DNA of 64,000 nucleotides from Oceanivirga miroungae (GTDB lineage Bacteria; Fusobacteriota; Fusobacteriia; Fusobacteriales; Leptotrichiaceae): NCBI RefSeq assembly GCF_902505095.1, contig NZ_CABWIB010000001.1, positions 570,688 to 634,687 of the forward strand, read 5' to 3'. Shown piece by piece: positions 10,061 to 20,923 of this stretch (position 1 is its first letter; each line of letters starts with the position of its first letter). The notes under the pieces were generated by a model. It saw only the letters and a program-made list of their open reading frames with translations, ran no database searches and was not told where the DNA came from. The position numbers and the translations under genes were made by a program.

Positions 10061-11338
10061 ATGTACATTATAGAAAAAAATAACGAATCAGTAGTTAAAG
10101 TAGCAATAAAATTAGATGGTGAAGAATTTAAAAAAATAAGACAAGAAATTATGGCTAAATATAAAGATGCAAAAATTGATGGATTTAGAAAAGGTCATGT
10201 TCCAATGGATATAATTGAAAAAGAATTTGCAGGGAATATAAGACAAGACTTATATGATACAGTTGTAAATAAAGAATTTTCTAAAGCATTAGTTGAATCA
10301 AATGAAGAACCAATTTCAAGATTAGAAGTAATAGAAGAAAAAATAACTAAAGAAAGCTTAGAAGTTGTATTAAAATTTGATGCAATGCCTTCATTTGAAA
10401 TGCCTGAATATAAAGGATTAGATGTAGAATTTACAAAAGCAGAAGAAGTTAAAGATGAAGATGTAAACGCTACATTAGAATCTATAGCTAAAAGATCAGC
10501 TGAAAAAGTAGTTAGTGAAAAAGAAGTAATTGAAAATAATGATATAGCTAATATTAACTTTGAAGGATTTGTAGATGGTGTAGCATTTGAAGGAGGAAAA
10601 GCAGAAGGCTTTGACTTATTATTAGGAAGTCATCAATTTATAGATAACTTTGAAGATCAAATAGTTGGTCACAAAGTTGGAGATGAATTTGAAGTAAATG
10701 TAACTTTCCCAGCTGAATATCATTCAGAAAACTTAAAAGGTAAAAAAGCTATGTTTAAGGTTAAATTAAACTCAATAAAAGAAGAAAAAGTAGCAGAAAT
10801 TAATGATGAATTAGCGAAAAAAAATGGAGAAGAAAGCTTAGAAGCTCTTAAAAATTCAATAAAAGAAGGATTACAAAAAGAAAGAGAAGAAAGAGTATCA
10901 GTTGAAAACTTCCAAAAAGTTGCTGATAAATTAGTAAGCATGGTTGAAATGACTGTACCTGAAAAAGTTAAACAAGAAGAAGCAGATAGAGAAGTTAATG
11001 AATTTAAAAATCAATTAGCACAATATGGACAAAACTTTGATGAATTTATTAAAAGAACAGGTAAAACAATGGAAGAATTTAATGCTGATGCTTTAGAAAG
11101 AGCAGAAAAAACTGTTAAATTCAGATTAATAGCATCTAGAATTATAAAAGAAGAAAACTTAACTGTATCAAATGCTGATATTGATGCTTCTTTATCAGAA
11201 ATGGCTGGTCAATACGGTATGAGCTTAGTTCAATTAAAAGAAGAATTAAACAAAATGAACTTATTAGACCAATACTCAAACGATATTGCAAATAGATTAG
11301 TAACAGAAAAATTAAGAAAAGTATTATTAGAAAAATAA
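10061..11338 (+). CDS. tig: trigger factor
   Basis: 425 aa; N-terminal ribosome-binding domain (DGFRKGHVP), central FKBP-like PPIase, C-terminal arm. Confidence 0.9.
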   Translation: MYIIEKNNESVVKVAIKLDGEEFKKIRQEIMAKYKDAKIDGFRKGHVPMDIIEKEFAGNIRQDLYDTVVNKEFSKALVESNEEPISRLEVIEEKITKESLEVVLKFDAMPSFEMPEYKGLDVEFTKAEEVKDEDVNATLESIAKRSAEKVVSEKEVIENNDIANINFEGFVDGVAFEGGKAEGFDLLLGSHQFIDNFEDQIVGHKVGDEFEVNVTFPAEYHSENLKGKKAMFKVKLNSIKEEKVAEINDELAKKNGEESLEALKNSIKEGLQKEREERVSVENFQKVADKLVSMVEMTVPEKVKQEEADREVNEFKNQLAQYGQNFDEFIKRTGKTMEEFNADALERAEKTVKFRLIASRIIKEENLTVSNADIDASLSEMAGQYGMSLVQLKEELNKMNLLDQYSNDIANRLVTEKLRKVLLEK

Positions 11339-11354
11339 GCAAAAGGGGAAAAAA

Positions 11355-11927
11355 ATGATATATCCGTATGTCCACGAAGAAGATGGTGGAGTAGAAAAAA
11401 CATATAACATTTTTTCAAGATTATTAAAAGATAGAATAATTTTTCTAATGGGAGAAGTAGATGATGAAATGGCTAATACAATAATAGCTCAACTTCTATA
11501 CTTAAATGCCCAAGATAAAAATAAAGATATAATAATGTATATAAACAGCCCAGGAGGATCAGTAACTGCTGGGCTTGGTATATATGATACAATGAAACAT
11601 ATAGATTGTAAAATATCTACAGTTTGTATAGGACAAGCAGCTTCAATGGGTGCTTTTTTACTAGCAGCTGGTACTCCTGGTATGAGAAAATCATTAAAAA
11701 ATTCAAGAATAATGATTCATCAAGTACTAGGGGGGATAAATTATTCTCAAGCAAGTGATGTTAAAATAAGAGCTGAAGAAATGTTAAGATTAAAAGATTT
11801 ACTTAATCAAGAAATGGCAATAAATACAGGAAAAACTATAAAGCAAATTGAAAAAGCAACAGATAGAGATAATTTTATGGGAGCTATGGAAGCAAAAGAT
11901 TTTGGTCTTATAGATGAAATTATCTAA
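11355..11927 (+). CDS. clpP: ATP-dependent Clp protease proteolytic subunit
   Basis: Catalytic region [20 protein letters not shown]. Confidence 0.95.
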   Translation: MIYPYVHEEDGGVEKTYNIFSRLLKDRIIFLMGEVDDEMANTIIAQLLYLNAQDKNKDIIMYINSPGGSVTAGLGIYDTMKHIDCKISTVCIGQAASMGAFLLAAGTPGMRKSLKNSRIMIHQVLGGINYSQASDVKIRAEEMLRLKDLLNQEMAINTGKTIKQIEKATDRDNFMGAMEAKDFGLIDEII

Positions 11928-11940
11928 TGAAAGGAAAATA

Positions 11941-13167
11941 ATGTCAGAAGATAAATTATATTACTGTTCTTTTTGTGATACAGATGATTCTAATTTAGAA
12001 TATATTGAAGGAGAAGATTTTGTAAGAATTTGTGAAAATTGTATTAAAAAATCTATGTCTCTTATTGAAGAGCAAGAAGTATTACAAAAAAATGATGAAG
12101 GTAATTTTAATATAAATTTATTAAAACCAATAGAAATTAAAAGTAAATTGGATGAATATATAATTGGTCAAGATAGAGCAAAAAAAATATTAGCAGTTGC
12201 TGTATATAACCACTTTAAAAGAATATCTCTTAAATTAAAAGAAGATAATGATGTTGAAATACAAAAATCAAATGTTCTTTTAATAGGACCAACAGGTAGT
12301 GGTAAAACCCTACTAGCTCAAACATTAGCTAAAATACTAAATGTTCCAATAGCAATAGCTGATGCTACAACAGTAACTGAAGCTGGTTATGTTGGAGATG
12401 ATGTTGAAAATGTACTATTAAAACTAATTAAAGAAGCTGATTATGATATTAAAGCAGCAGAACGTGGAATAATATATATTGATGAAATTGATAAAATTGC
12501 AAGAAAATCAGAAAATACATCTATAACAAGAGATGTATCAGGTGAAGGTGTACAACAAGCTTTACTTAAAATAGTTGAAGGAACAGTTTCAAGTGTACCA
12601 GCTCAGGGTGGTAGAAAACATCCGAACCAAGAAATGATAGAAATAAATACTAAAGATATTTTATTTATAGTTGGTGGGGCTTTTTCTGGACTTGAGAAAA
12701 AAATTAAAAGTAGATTCAATGTAAAACAAATTGGTTTTGGAAACAATAGTTTGAATAAAGAGCTTGATGATGAAACAATTTTTGCTCATGTATTACCAGA
12801 AGATCTTAAAAAGTTTGGTATAATACCAGAGTTAATAGGAAGATTTCCTGTAATAGCATCTCTTAATTCATTAGATGAAAAAGCTTTAATTAAAATATTA
12901 ACTGAGCCTAAAAATGCAATAATAAAACAATATAAGAAATTTTTTGAAATGGAAAATATTGAATTAGAGTTTGAAAAAGATGCCCTAAAAGAAATTGCAA
13001 GACTAGCTGAAAAGAAAAAAATTGGAGCAAGAGGATTAAGAAGCATAGTTGAAAATGCATTATTAGATTTAATGTATGAAACACCAAGTAAAAAGAATGT
13101 TAAAAAAATTAAAATTACTAAAGAATTAATAGACGAAAAAAACAAGGTAGATACAAGTAAGGAGTAA
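11941..13167 (+). CDS. clpX: ATP-dependent Clp protease ATP-binding subunit ClpX
   Basis: Zinc-binding CSFC...C..C N-terminus, Walker [12 protein letters not shown]-like loop. ATG 11941 with RBS AAGGAAA; the ORF-track start at 11914 would overlap clpP. Confidence 0.95.
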   Translation: MSEDKLYYCSFCDTDDSNLEYIEGEDFVRICENCIKKSMSLIEEQEVLQKNDEGNFNINLLKPIEIKSKLDEYIIGQDRAKKILAVAVYNHFKRISLKLKEDNDVEIQKSNVLLIGPTGSGKTLLAQTLAKILNVPIAIADATTVTEAGYVGDDVENVLLKLIKEADYDIKAAERGIIYIDEIDKIARKSENTSITRDVSGEGVQQALLKIVEGTVSSVPAQGGRKHPNQEMIEINTKDILFIVGGAFSGLEKKIKSRFNVKQIGFGNNSLNKELDDETIFAHVLPEDLKKFGIIPELIGRFPVIASLNSLDEKALIKILTEPKNAIIKQYKKFFEMENIELEFEKDALKEIARLAEKKKIGARGLRSIVENALLDLMYETPSKKNVKKIKITKELIDEKNKVDTSKE

Positions 13168-13170
13168 ATT

Positions 13171-15489
13171 ATGATGATTCCTATAATCCCTGTAAGAGAA
13201 ATAGTTTGTATGCCTGGTGTAGAGTCAAGCATAAGATTAGGAAGAGACTTTAGTATAACAGCAGCAAGTGTAGCAATAGAAAAATTTGAAGGTGATTTAA
13301 TTTTACTATTACAAAAAGACACTAAAAAAATTGATATTGATATAAGTGAAGACTCTTTATACTCTTATGGACTATTAGTAAAGGCATCGAATTTAGTGAA
13401 AACAAATAATGATGTTTATTTATTAAATATAAAGGGAATAAAAAGAATAAAAGCAAATAATATAAGATACAATGAGGAATTAAAAATATTTGAATCATCT
13501 TATATTAAAGTTAATACAAAAAAAGATATAGAAGAAGAAGTACAAAACTTTGAAATGTATAAGCCTGAAAATATTATAAAGATATCTACTGAATTTATGA
13601 GAGTAGATACTGTAGCAAATGTTACTGAAGATGGTTCTAATATTATTAAAATTAAAGATTTAGAAGAACTTATAGATACTATGCTATATTATATAAATAT
13701 ACCAGCCGATGTTAAACAAAAGTTTTTAGAAATGAGAAGTTTAAAAGAAAGAATTGATAAATTTTATACAGAATTATTACTACAAAAGCAAATAAATCAA
13801 GTTGAAAATGAAGTTAATAGTAAATTAAAAACAAATATAGATGAAGCTCAAAGACAGTATATTTTAAGAGAAAAAATAAAGGTTTTAAAAGATGAAATTG
13901 AAGGTGAAAATCATGATAAGAGTGAATTACAAATTAGATTAGATAAATCTAAAATGCCTGAAGATTTCAAAAAAAAGGTTCAAAAAGACTTAGATAAATT
14001 ATCAAATGTTTCTCAAATGAGCCCTGAGTATAACGTCTTATTAAACTATATTGAATTAGTTTTAAGTTTACCATACACACCATCAAATAAAAAACAAAAT
14101 AATATAATAAAGGCTAAAAAAATATTAAACGATGAGCATTATGGATTAAAAGAAGTTAAAGATGCAGTATTAGAATTTTTAGCTGTAATAGAATTGAAAA
14201 AACAAGAAAAAAATAAAAACTATAAAAAAGCCGCAACTGTTTTATGTTTAGTAGGACCTCCTGGTGTTGGTAAAACAAGTTTTGCATCATCTATAGCAAA
14301 TGCTATGAATAGAGAATTTACAAAAATAAGTTTAGGTGGTGTAAATGACGAGTCAGAAATTAGAGGTCATAGAAGAACCTATGTTGCTGCTATGCCAGGT
14401 AGAATTATTGATGCCATAAAAAGAACAGGTGTTAATAACCCGGTTATACTATTAGATGAGATTGATAAGTTAGACTCAGGATTTAAAGGAGATCCAGCAT
14501 CTGCTTTATTAGAAGTATTAGATCCAAATCAAAACTATAAATTTGAAGATCATTTTGTCGATTATCCGTATGATTTATCAAATGTATTCTTCATTTGTAC
14601 AGCAAATACTTATCAAACTATACCTGAAGCTTTATATGATAGATTAGAAGTAATATATATTGATTCTTATACAGAAATAGAAAAATTAAATATTGCAAAA
14701 AAATATTTAATAAAACAAGTAGAAAAAGAAACAGCTATAAAGCTTAATATAAGTGATAAATTAATATTAAAAATTATAGATTCCTACACAAGAGAAGCAG
14801 GAGTTAGAAATCTAAAAAGAGAATTAGTCAAAATAGCTAGAAAAAAAGCCTTAGAAAAATTAGAAAATATTAAGCTTAATAATAAGCTAGTTGAAGCTGA
14901 TTTAGTAAAATATTTAGGTAATGAAAAATTCAAACCTGATAAATTAGCGAAAAAAGATGCAAAAGTAGGTAGAGTTAAAGGTCTTGCCTGGACAAGTGTT
15001 GGAGGGACTACACTCGATGTAGAAGGTGTTAAAATGCCTGGTAGTGGTAAACTTCAATTAACAGGTAAATTAGGTGAAGTAATGCAAGAATCAGCAAAAG
15101 TAGCTTATTCTTATGTTAGAAGCATAGTTAAAAATGATTTTACAAAAGATACTGATGTGCATTTACATTTTCCAGAAGGAGCAACTCCAAAAGATGGACC
15201 AAGTGCTGGTATTACAATAACTACAACAATATTATCAGTGATAGAAAATAAAAAGGTAAGACAAGATATAGCTATGACAGGTGAAATTACGCTAGTAGGT
15301 GATGTATTAGCTGTTGGTGGTATAAAAGAAAAAGTAATAGCTGCTCATAGAATAGGTATAAAAGAAGTAATATTACCTAAGGAAAATGAAGTAGATATAA
15401 CTAAACTGCCAGATGAAATTAGAGAAAGTATGAAATTTAATTTTGTATCTAATTATAGTGAAGTAAAAAAAATTGTATTTAAGAAATAG
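13171..15489 (+). CDS. lon: ATP-dependent protease Lon
   Basis: LON N-terminal domain, AAA+ (GPPGVGKTS), protease domain DGPSAGIT with catalytic Ser-Lys. Confidence 0.95.
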   Translation: MMIPIIPVREIVCMPGVESSIRLGRDFSITAASVAIEKFEGDLILLLQKDTKKIDIDISEDSLYSYGLLVKASNLVKTNNDVYLLNIKGIKRIKANNIRYNEELKIFESSYIKVNTKKDIEEEVQNFEMYKPENIIKISTEFMRVDTVANVTEDGSNIIKIKDLEELIDTMLYYINIPADVKQKFLEMRSLKERIDKFYTELLLQKQINQVENEVNSKLKTNIDEAQRQYILREKIKVLKDEIEGENHDKSELQIRLDKSKMPEDFKKKVQKDLDKLSNVSQMSPEYNVLLNYIELVLSLPYTPSNKKQNNIIKAKKILNDEHYGLKEVKDAVLEFLAVIELKKQEKNKNYKKAATVLCLVGPPGVGKTSFASSIANAMNREFTKISLGGVNDESEIRGHRRTYVAAMPGRIIDAIKRTGVNNPVILLDEIDKLDSGFKGDPASALLEVLDPNQNYKFEDHFVDYPYDLSNVFFICTANTYQTIPEALYDRLEVIYIDSYTEIEKLNIAKKYLIKQVEKETAIKLNISDKLILKIIDSYTREAGVRNLKRELVKIARKKALEKLENIKLNNKLVEADLVKYLGNEKFKPDKLAKKDAKVGRVKGLAWTSVGGTTLDVEGVKMPGSGKLQLTGKLGEVMQESAKVAYSYVRSIVKNDFTKDTDVHLHFPEGATPKDGPSAGITITTTILSVIENKKVRQDIAMTGEITLVGDVLAVGGIKEKVIAAHRIGIKEVILPKENEVDITKLPDEIRESMKFNFVSNYSEVKKIVFKK

Positions 15490-15498
15490 GAGAAAAAA

Positions 15499-15756
15499 AT
15501 GAATTCAAGTATGTTTATAATTGTATATGTAGTGTTACTTTTACTTTTATTTTTACCAATATGGTTATCAAATAGAAGTAAAAAGAAAAAATTTAATGAT
15601 ATGTTAAACAATCTTAAGGTTGGAGATAAGATAATAACTATAGGTGGAATATATGGAACTGTTTCAAAAATAAATGAAAATGATATACAAATACAAATAG
15701 CAAAAGGTGTATCGATGACAATAACAAAAGGAGCAATTGCAAGGGTAGTAGAATAA
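15499..15756 (+). CDS. yajC: preprotein translocase subunit YajC
   Basis: 85 aa, single TM followed by KVGDKIITIGGIYGTV motif. Confidence 0.7.
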   Translation: MNSSMFIIVYVVLLLLLFLPIWLSNRSKKKKFNDMLNNLKVGDKIITIGGIYGTVSKINENDIQIQIAKGVSMTITKGAIARVVE

Positions 15757-16784
15757 TGATAAAAACATTAAAAAAATTTATTATTTTAATCTTATTATTT
15801 ACTACATATATTACATTCTCAAATAGGCTTGATAGTATTAACTATAACGATTCAGAAATAGTATTAACTTTTAGTGAAAAAGTTCCTGAATATACTGAAA
15901 GTTTTGATCCAAATCTACCTTCAATAAGTCTTTCATTTAAAGACACTATAAAAAGTAGAGGAATAAGACAAGTTATTGAAATAAACGATAACTATCTAAG
16001 AGATATTTTGAGTGAATATTATGATAATGAAACAGATGTAGTTATATACTTAAAAGAAAATATGATTTATACAACATACACAGTTGGAAGAGAACTTAAA
16101 ATAAGATTAAGAGAAGAAGCTATTGAAAGAAGAAAAAAATATACTATAATTTTAGATGCAGGACATGGTGGACAAGATAGTGGAGCAATAGGAGATGCAG
16201 GATATTATGAAAAAACCTTAGCATTAGCTGTTGTACTAGAATTATATAAAAATTTAAAAAATGACTATAAAGTTATCTTAACAAGATCTGATGATACTTT
16301 TATACCACTTAATAAAAGAGCTCAGATTGGGAATGATAATGAAGCAGACTTATTTGTAAGTATACACTTAAATTCAGGTGGAAAAAATAAAAAAGCAGAG
16401 GGAACAGAAGTGTTTTACTACTCAAAAAATCCATCAAGTTATGCAAGACAAATTGCTAAATTTGAAAATGATTTTGATAAAAAAGGAACTGCTGCAATTG
16501 AAGCATCAGACTTTGTTATAAGTGATGTATTATATCATCTAAACCAACAACAAAGTGCAATACTAGCTAGTAGTGTATTAGAAAATATTGTTTCTACTAT
16601 GAAAACACATAAAAGAAAATCAACAGGTGCTAATTTTGCTGTTTTAAGAGGTAGCAAATCAAATGCAATTCTAATAGAACTTGGCTTTATAACTAACCAC
16701 AAGGATAGGGTAAAATTTTCTAGTAAAAGTGGACAAAAAAGAGTTGCAAAAGCAATAGCTGACGCAATAAGAAAGCACTACTAG
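15756..16784 (+). CDS. N-acetylmuramoyl-L-alanine amidase (Amidase_3, AmiC-like with N-terminal AMIN-like domain)
   Basis: ILDAGHGGQDSGA...LFVSIHLNSG...VLRGSKSNAILIELGFI amidase_3 motifs. N-terminal signal/TM. Confidence 0.8.
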   Translation: MIKTLKKFIILILLFTTYITFSNRLDSINYNDSEIVLTFSEKVPEYTESFDPNLPSISLSFKDTIKSRGIRQVIEINDNYLRDILSEYYDNETDVVIYLKENMIYTTYTVGRELKIRLREEAIERRKKYTIILDAGHGGQDSGAIGDAGYYEKTLALAVVLELYKNLKNDYKVILTRSDDTFIPLNKRAQIGNDNEADLFVSIHLNSGGKNKKAEGTEVFYYSKNPSSYARQIAKFENDFDKKGTAAIEASDFVISDVLYHLNQQQSAILASSVLENIVSTMKTHKRKSTGANFAVLRGSKSNAILIELGFITNHKDRVKFSSKSGQKRVAKAIADAIRKHY

Positions 16785-16792
16785 GTGATAAA

Positions 16793-17239
16793 ATGAAAAA
16801 ATTTTTTTTAACAATACTATTAGTTATAGCACTTATTAGTGCGTATAGATATAATATGTATTTAGATGAAACTAAAAATAATGTAAGTTTAGTATATACT
16901 AAAAATACTGAAACTAAAAAAGAAGATGAGGTTAGTATTAAGGTATATAATATAGCAGCTAATAAAATAGAGGATAAAAATATTTTAGTAAAAGATAAAA
17001 GATTTTTAAGTGAAACAGATATAGTTAATGAAACATTAAAAAATCTATCGTATTTAACAAATAATATGAGATTAATTAGTATATATGAAATTGATAAAAA
17101 CGATAGACTAATAATATTATCAGATGATTTTAAAAATCTATCAAGAGTATCCCAAGTTGCAACTACAACTGTTATAAAATTGAATTTAAAAGAAAATTTT
17201 AAAAAAATAGATAAAATAGAAATTAAATTTGAAAGATAA
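16793..17239 (+). CDS. hypothetical exported/lipoprotein-like protein
   Basis: N-terminal hydrophobic segment MKKFFLTILLVIALISA; no recognisable motif. Confidence 0.4.
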   Translation: MKKFFLTILLVIALISAYRYNMYLDETKNNVSLVYTKNTETKKEDEVSIKVYNIAANKIEDKNILVKDKRFLSETDIVNETLKNLSYLTNNMRLISIYEIDKNDRLIILSDDFKNLSRVSQVATTTVIKLNLKENFKKIDKIEIKFER

Positions 17240-17240
17240 C

Positions 17241-17275
17241 TAGCTTAAATTTTAGGCTAGTTTTTAATTTGCTAT
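17241..17275 (+). terminator. rho-independent terminator
   Basis: CTAGCTTAAA/TTTTAGGCTAG imperfect hairpin followed by TTTTT. Confidence 0.5.
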
Positions 17276-17330
17276 GGAAATTTATTTGTATATTTGATAT
17301 AATAAATTAAAAAGTTTGGAGATGAAAATC

Positions 17331-17888
17331 ATGGCTAGAAATTGGGAAGAAAATATAAAAAAAGTATTAATATCAAGAGAAGATATACAAAAAAGAGTTA
17401 AAGAACTAGGAGAACAAATAACTAATGATTTAAAAAATGACGATGCACCATTAGTTGTTATAGGAATTTTAAAAGGTTCTGTAATATTCATGTCTGATTT
17501 AGTACGTGAAATTAAATTACCTTTAACTATGGATTTTATGGAAGTAAGTAGTTATGGTGATGGATTTGAATCTACAAGAGATATAAAGATAATAAAAGAT
17601 TTAGAACATAGTGTAAGAGGGAAAAATGTATTAGTTGTAGAAGATATAGTAGACTCTGGTTTAACACTAAAAAAAATATTACAAATGATAGGTAAAAGAG
17701 GACCTAAACAAGTGCTTTTATGTACATTGCTTAATAAAGAAGTAAGAAGAGAAGCTAAAGATTTAGAAGTTCAATATAAAGGATTTGAAATAGGAGACGA
17801 ATTTGTATCAGGTTATGGATTAGACTATATGCAAGAATATAGAAATATTCCTTATGTATGTACAATGGATATTAAGATAAATGAGTAG
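17331..17888 (+). CDS. hpt: hypoxanthine phosphoribosyltransferase
   Basis: PRTase motif VLVVEDIVDSGLTL; MARNWEENIKKVLISREDIQKRVKELG. ATG 17331 lies 9 nt after GGAG. Confidence 0.9.
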   Translation: MARNWEENIKKVLISREDIQKRVKELGEQITNDLKNDDAPLVVIGILKGSVIFMSDLVREIKLPLTMDFMEVSSYGDGFESTRDIKIIKDLEHSVRGKNVLVVEDIVDSGLTLKKILQMIGKRGPKQVLLCTLLNKEVRREAKDLEVQYKGFEIGDEFVSGYGLDYMQEYRNIPYVCTMDIKINE

Positions 17889-18663
17889 TTATAAGCACAA
17901 GAAAAAATATGGGCAAAATTTTTTAGATAGTAAAGAGTTATTAGAGAAAATAAAAAATGTAGTTAATTTAAATAAAGATACTACTGTTTTAGAAATAGGA
18001 CCAGGTGAAGGATACTTAACTTCAATGATTTTAGAAAATGCAAAATTTTTAACTTCCTATGAAATAGATTCTGATTTAATATCAAATTTAGAAAAAAAAT
18101 TTAAAAAGTATGATAATTTTAAATTAATAAATGAAGACTTTATGTTATCTGACATTGTTGGAGAAAATTTAAAGGTAGTAGCAAATATTCCTTACTATAT
18201 AACAACCCCCATTGTAGAAAAACTAATTGAAAATAAAGAAAAAATTGATGAAATATATATAATGGTTCAAAAAGAAGTTGCTATTAGATTATGTACAGAA
18301 TTTTCAGGAAGCGATGTAAGTACATTAACACACTACATTAGATACTACACTATACCAGAATACTTATTTACAGTAGAAAAAGAGTACTTTAACCCTATTC
18401 CAAAAGTTGATTCAGCTTTTATAAAATTAAAAATAAGAAAAGATAGAAAATACGAAAATATGATAGATGAAAAAATATATTTTTCATTTATTAAAAAGGC
18501 ATTTTCACAAAAAAGAAAAACTCTTATTAATAATTTAAAAAAAGCAGGATTTGATAAAGAAGAACTTGAAAAGAATTTAGTAAATGATAAAATAAGAGCA
18601 GAAGAACTAAGTATTGAACAGTTTATAGACTTAATAAAAGGATTAAAATATGATAGATTATGA
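17881..18663 (+). CDS. rsmA: 16S rRNA (adenine1518/1519-N6)-dimethyltransferase RsmA/KsgA
   Basis: KKKYGQNFL, SAM-binding VLEIGPGEG, NIPYYITTPI motif. Confidence 0.9.
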   Translation: MSSYKHKKKYGQNFLDSKELLEKIKNVVNLNKDTTVLEIGPGEGYLTSMILENAKFLTSYEIDSDLISNLEKKFKKYDNFKLINEDFMLSDIVGENLKVVANIPYYITTPIVEKLIENKEKIDEIYIMVQKEVAIRLCTEFSGSDVSTLTHYIRYYTIPEYLFTVEKEYFNPIPKVDSAFIKLKIRKDRKYENMIDEKIYFSFIKKAFSQKRKTLINNLKKAGFDKEELEKNLVNDKIRAEELSIEQFIDLIKGLKYDRL

Positions 18664-18892
18664 GTATATAATTAAAATTGACAGAAAAGATATAGATATA
18701 ATGAATAAAATAACAGAGGCATATGAGGGAATAGGAAATATTAGAACACTATCAGCAAGTGAGGGGCTAGTAAAAATTCTAACAAATAAATATTTCTTGA
18801 ATGATGTTGATTTAATGTTAGAAAAAATAAGGAAAGTATTTAAAATAAATGTAGAAGTTTTATCTATAAAAAAATGGGAAGGGGAAATTTAA
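18650..18892 (+). CDS. small hypothetical protein (80 aa)
   Basis: Translationally coupled to rsmA; no motif recognised. Confidence 0.4.
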   Translation: MIDYEYIIKIDRKDIDIMNKITEAYEGIGNIRTLSASEGLVKILTNKYFLNDVDLMLEKIRKVFKINVEVLSIKKWEGEI

Positions 18893-19131
18893 TGGTTGAT
18901 TACGAAAAAATTGTGAAATTCTTTTTACAAGAGTACATACTTGATGAAAATTATGAAGTTAAAATAAATAAAAATAAAGAAAATATAACAATTACAGTAG
19001 TATTAGATAAAAAAGATATGGGAAAATTAATTGGAAAAAACGGGAATATAATAACATCATTAAGAAATTTAATTAACTCAATTTCTAATAAAGATAAAAA
19101 AAATGTAAAGATTTTAGTAAAAAATAATTAA
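18892..19131 (+). CDS. KH-domain RNA-binding protein (YlqC/UPF0109-like)
   Basis: KKDMGKLIGKNGNIITSLRNLIN, the GXXG loop of a KH fold. ATG 18892 (ATGG overlapping the upstream stop) with GGAAGGGG RBS. Confidence 0.65.
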   Translation: MVDYEKIVKFFLQEYILDENYEVKINKNKENITITVVLDKKDMGKLIGKNGNIITSLRNLINSISNKDKKNVKILVKNN

Positions 19132-19132
19132 A

Positions 19133-19182
19133 AGATAGTTCGCTATCTTTTTTTTTGCATGTATTATACATGCTTTTTTTGT
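19133..19182 (+). terminator. two tandem rho-independent terminators
   Basis: AAGATAG-ttcg-CTATCTT + T9, then GCATGTA-tta-TACATGC + T7. Confidence 0.7.
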
Positions 19183-19335
19183 TAACATAAAAAAAAATAA
19201 AATAAAAATAGATTTAAAATCAGCTTATGTAACATATATATTTTGTTAATTAAAAAAAGACAATGAAAAATACTAATTTTTTAATTCAAGTGAGAATCAA
19301 ATAAGAGTATATTCTAGTTAAAAAGGGAGGGTATT

Positions 19336-20409
19336 ATGTTTACTGAAAAGTATTTTAAAGAAGATATAAAGATATTTGAAAGGTCTTTAGATAATAAAAT
19401 AGATGAAGGATTAAAAAAAATTGAAGAAAATATACTTGGTATAAATGATAAATCACCGAAGATATATACCGTATTATTAAATAAAAATAAATTTAATTAT
19501 GAGTATATTTTAAGTGCAATAGTAAATGATGATGTTAATAGTATATATGATACATATTTAGATAGTGTATATATTAATGCTGAATATTTTAAATTAAGTA
19601 ATTATGAAAATAAAATTTTTTCAGGATATTTTTTAGTTGATTCTGATAAATACGAATTCAGGTATGTTTTAGAAAAAGATACAAGATATTTTGATAAAAT
19701 AAATGAAATATACCATATATATCTTACAAATAATGTTAAATGGTACGGTATTGATATGAAATACATAAATAGAATGTACAGAGTAAAGGTAGTTGAGTAT
19801 GTAGATAATATTCATTTACTTGAAAATATAGATAAATTTAATATAGAGTACAATTTTTCTTCCGATGTAGATCTAAATTTAAAACCATACTGGAATATAT
19901 TAAATAAGAACTTTATTGCAAAAGAGAGTATGAGTATATTAGATGGTTTTTCATATAAATATGAAATTGAAAAAAATGAGAATACTTTTTATTTAGTAAA
20001 TGAAAAAGATGAAATTATAGAAGATGTTGTAAATCAAAAAAATAAGTTAGAGATATATTCTAAATTTTCTAACCTATACAGCTTTATTATTTTAGTTATT
20101 GGATATGTAAATATGAGTGTATTTAAATATATATCTGTAAATTATGAGTATGAAATTGATTCAGAGCCTACTATTGAAAATATTAAAAGATATTTTAAAA
20201 AGCATGATTATGAAGTCGTTGATATAAAAATGTCAAATGAAAATAAAAATTATTTAGATATACCTGAATATAACAAGATGATAATGAAAAAATATATATC
20301 AAATATAGAAGTTAAACTAGATAATTATTATGATTACGATAAGATATTTAAAATAGTTAACATCCTAAATCTAAATCTATATATGTACAAGGTAGTAGTC
20401 TATGAGTAA
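19336..20409 (+). CDS. hypothetical protein (357 aa), first gene of the orphan island
   Basis: RBS AAAGGGAGGG 7 nt upstream. Y/N/K-rich; no TM, no signal peptide, no motif recognised. Confidence 0.6.
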   Translation: MFTEKYFKEDIKIFERSLDNKIDEGLKKIEENILGINDKSPKIYTVLLNKNKFNYEYILSAIVNDDVNSIYDTYLDSVYINAEYFKLSNYENKIFSGYFLVDSDKYEFRYVLEKDTRYFDKINEIYHIYLTNNVKWYGIDMKYINRMYRVKVVEYVDNIHLLENIDKFNIEYNFSSDVDLNLKPYWNILNKNFIAKESMSILDGFSYKYEIEKNENTFYLVNEKDEIIEDVVNQKNKLEIYSKFSNLYSFIILVIGYVNMSVFKYISVNYEYEIDSEPTIENIKRYFKKHDYEVVDIKMSNENKNYLDIPEYNKMIMKKYISNIEVKLDNYYDYDKIFKIVNILNLNLYMYKVVVYE

Positions 20410-20923
20410 TATTAGCTATCTTTACCAACTATACAATAAAAATATTAGCAAGATAATAATAAATGAATTTCACCCATATTTACAATGCTATGTCGAAAAG
20501 GATAGGGCATATATTAACTTAAATGAAAAAATAGAAAATACTGATTTAATAGATAAATACATAAGACTATGTATTAATTATGAATATATTTTAAATACAA
20601 ACAGATTAAATATTTTAGCAAGAAATAAAAAGTATGTATTTGAAAAATATAAGCTAAAGTTAAAATACAATAAAGACTATATCTATATTTTCATAAAAGT
20701 ATTAAATTCAGTATTTAGCTCTAATATCGTTTACTATAATAAATCAAATAATCTTTTTATCATTTATTTAGATTATGAAAAATCACAAGATAATATAGAT
20801 CTAATAAATGAGATACTAAATAATTTTATGCCAATTAACTATAACTATGTTTATACTTTTTCACATATATATACACTAGATATTAAAGAAATTGGTGAAC
20901 TTGAAAGGTGGTTTTTACTATAA
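20402..20923 (+). CDS. hypothetical protein (173 aa)
   Basis: Start overlaps the upstream stop by 8 nt (translational coupling). No motif recognised. Confidence 0.55.
   Translation: MSNISYLYQLYNKNISKIIINEFHPYLQCYVEKDRAYINLNEKIENTDLIDKYIRLCINYEYILNTNRLNILARNKKYVFEKYKLKLKYNKDYIYIFIKVLNSVFSSNIVYYNKSNNLFIIYLDYEKSQDNIDLINEILNNFMPINYNYVYTFSHIYTLDIKEIGELERWFLL

Noticed and set aside
11914-11940. Longer ClpX start at 11914 overlapping clpP
   Set aside because: ATG 11941 is preceded by AAGGAAA and gives the canonical zinc-finger N-terminus; the upstream extension is not conserved-looking.
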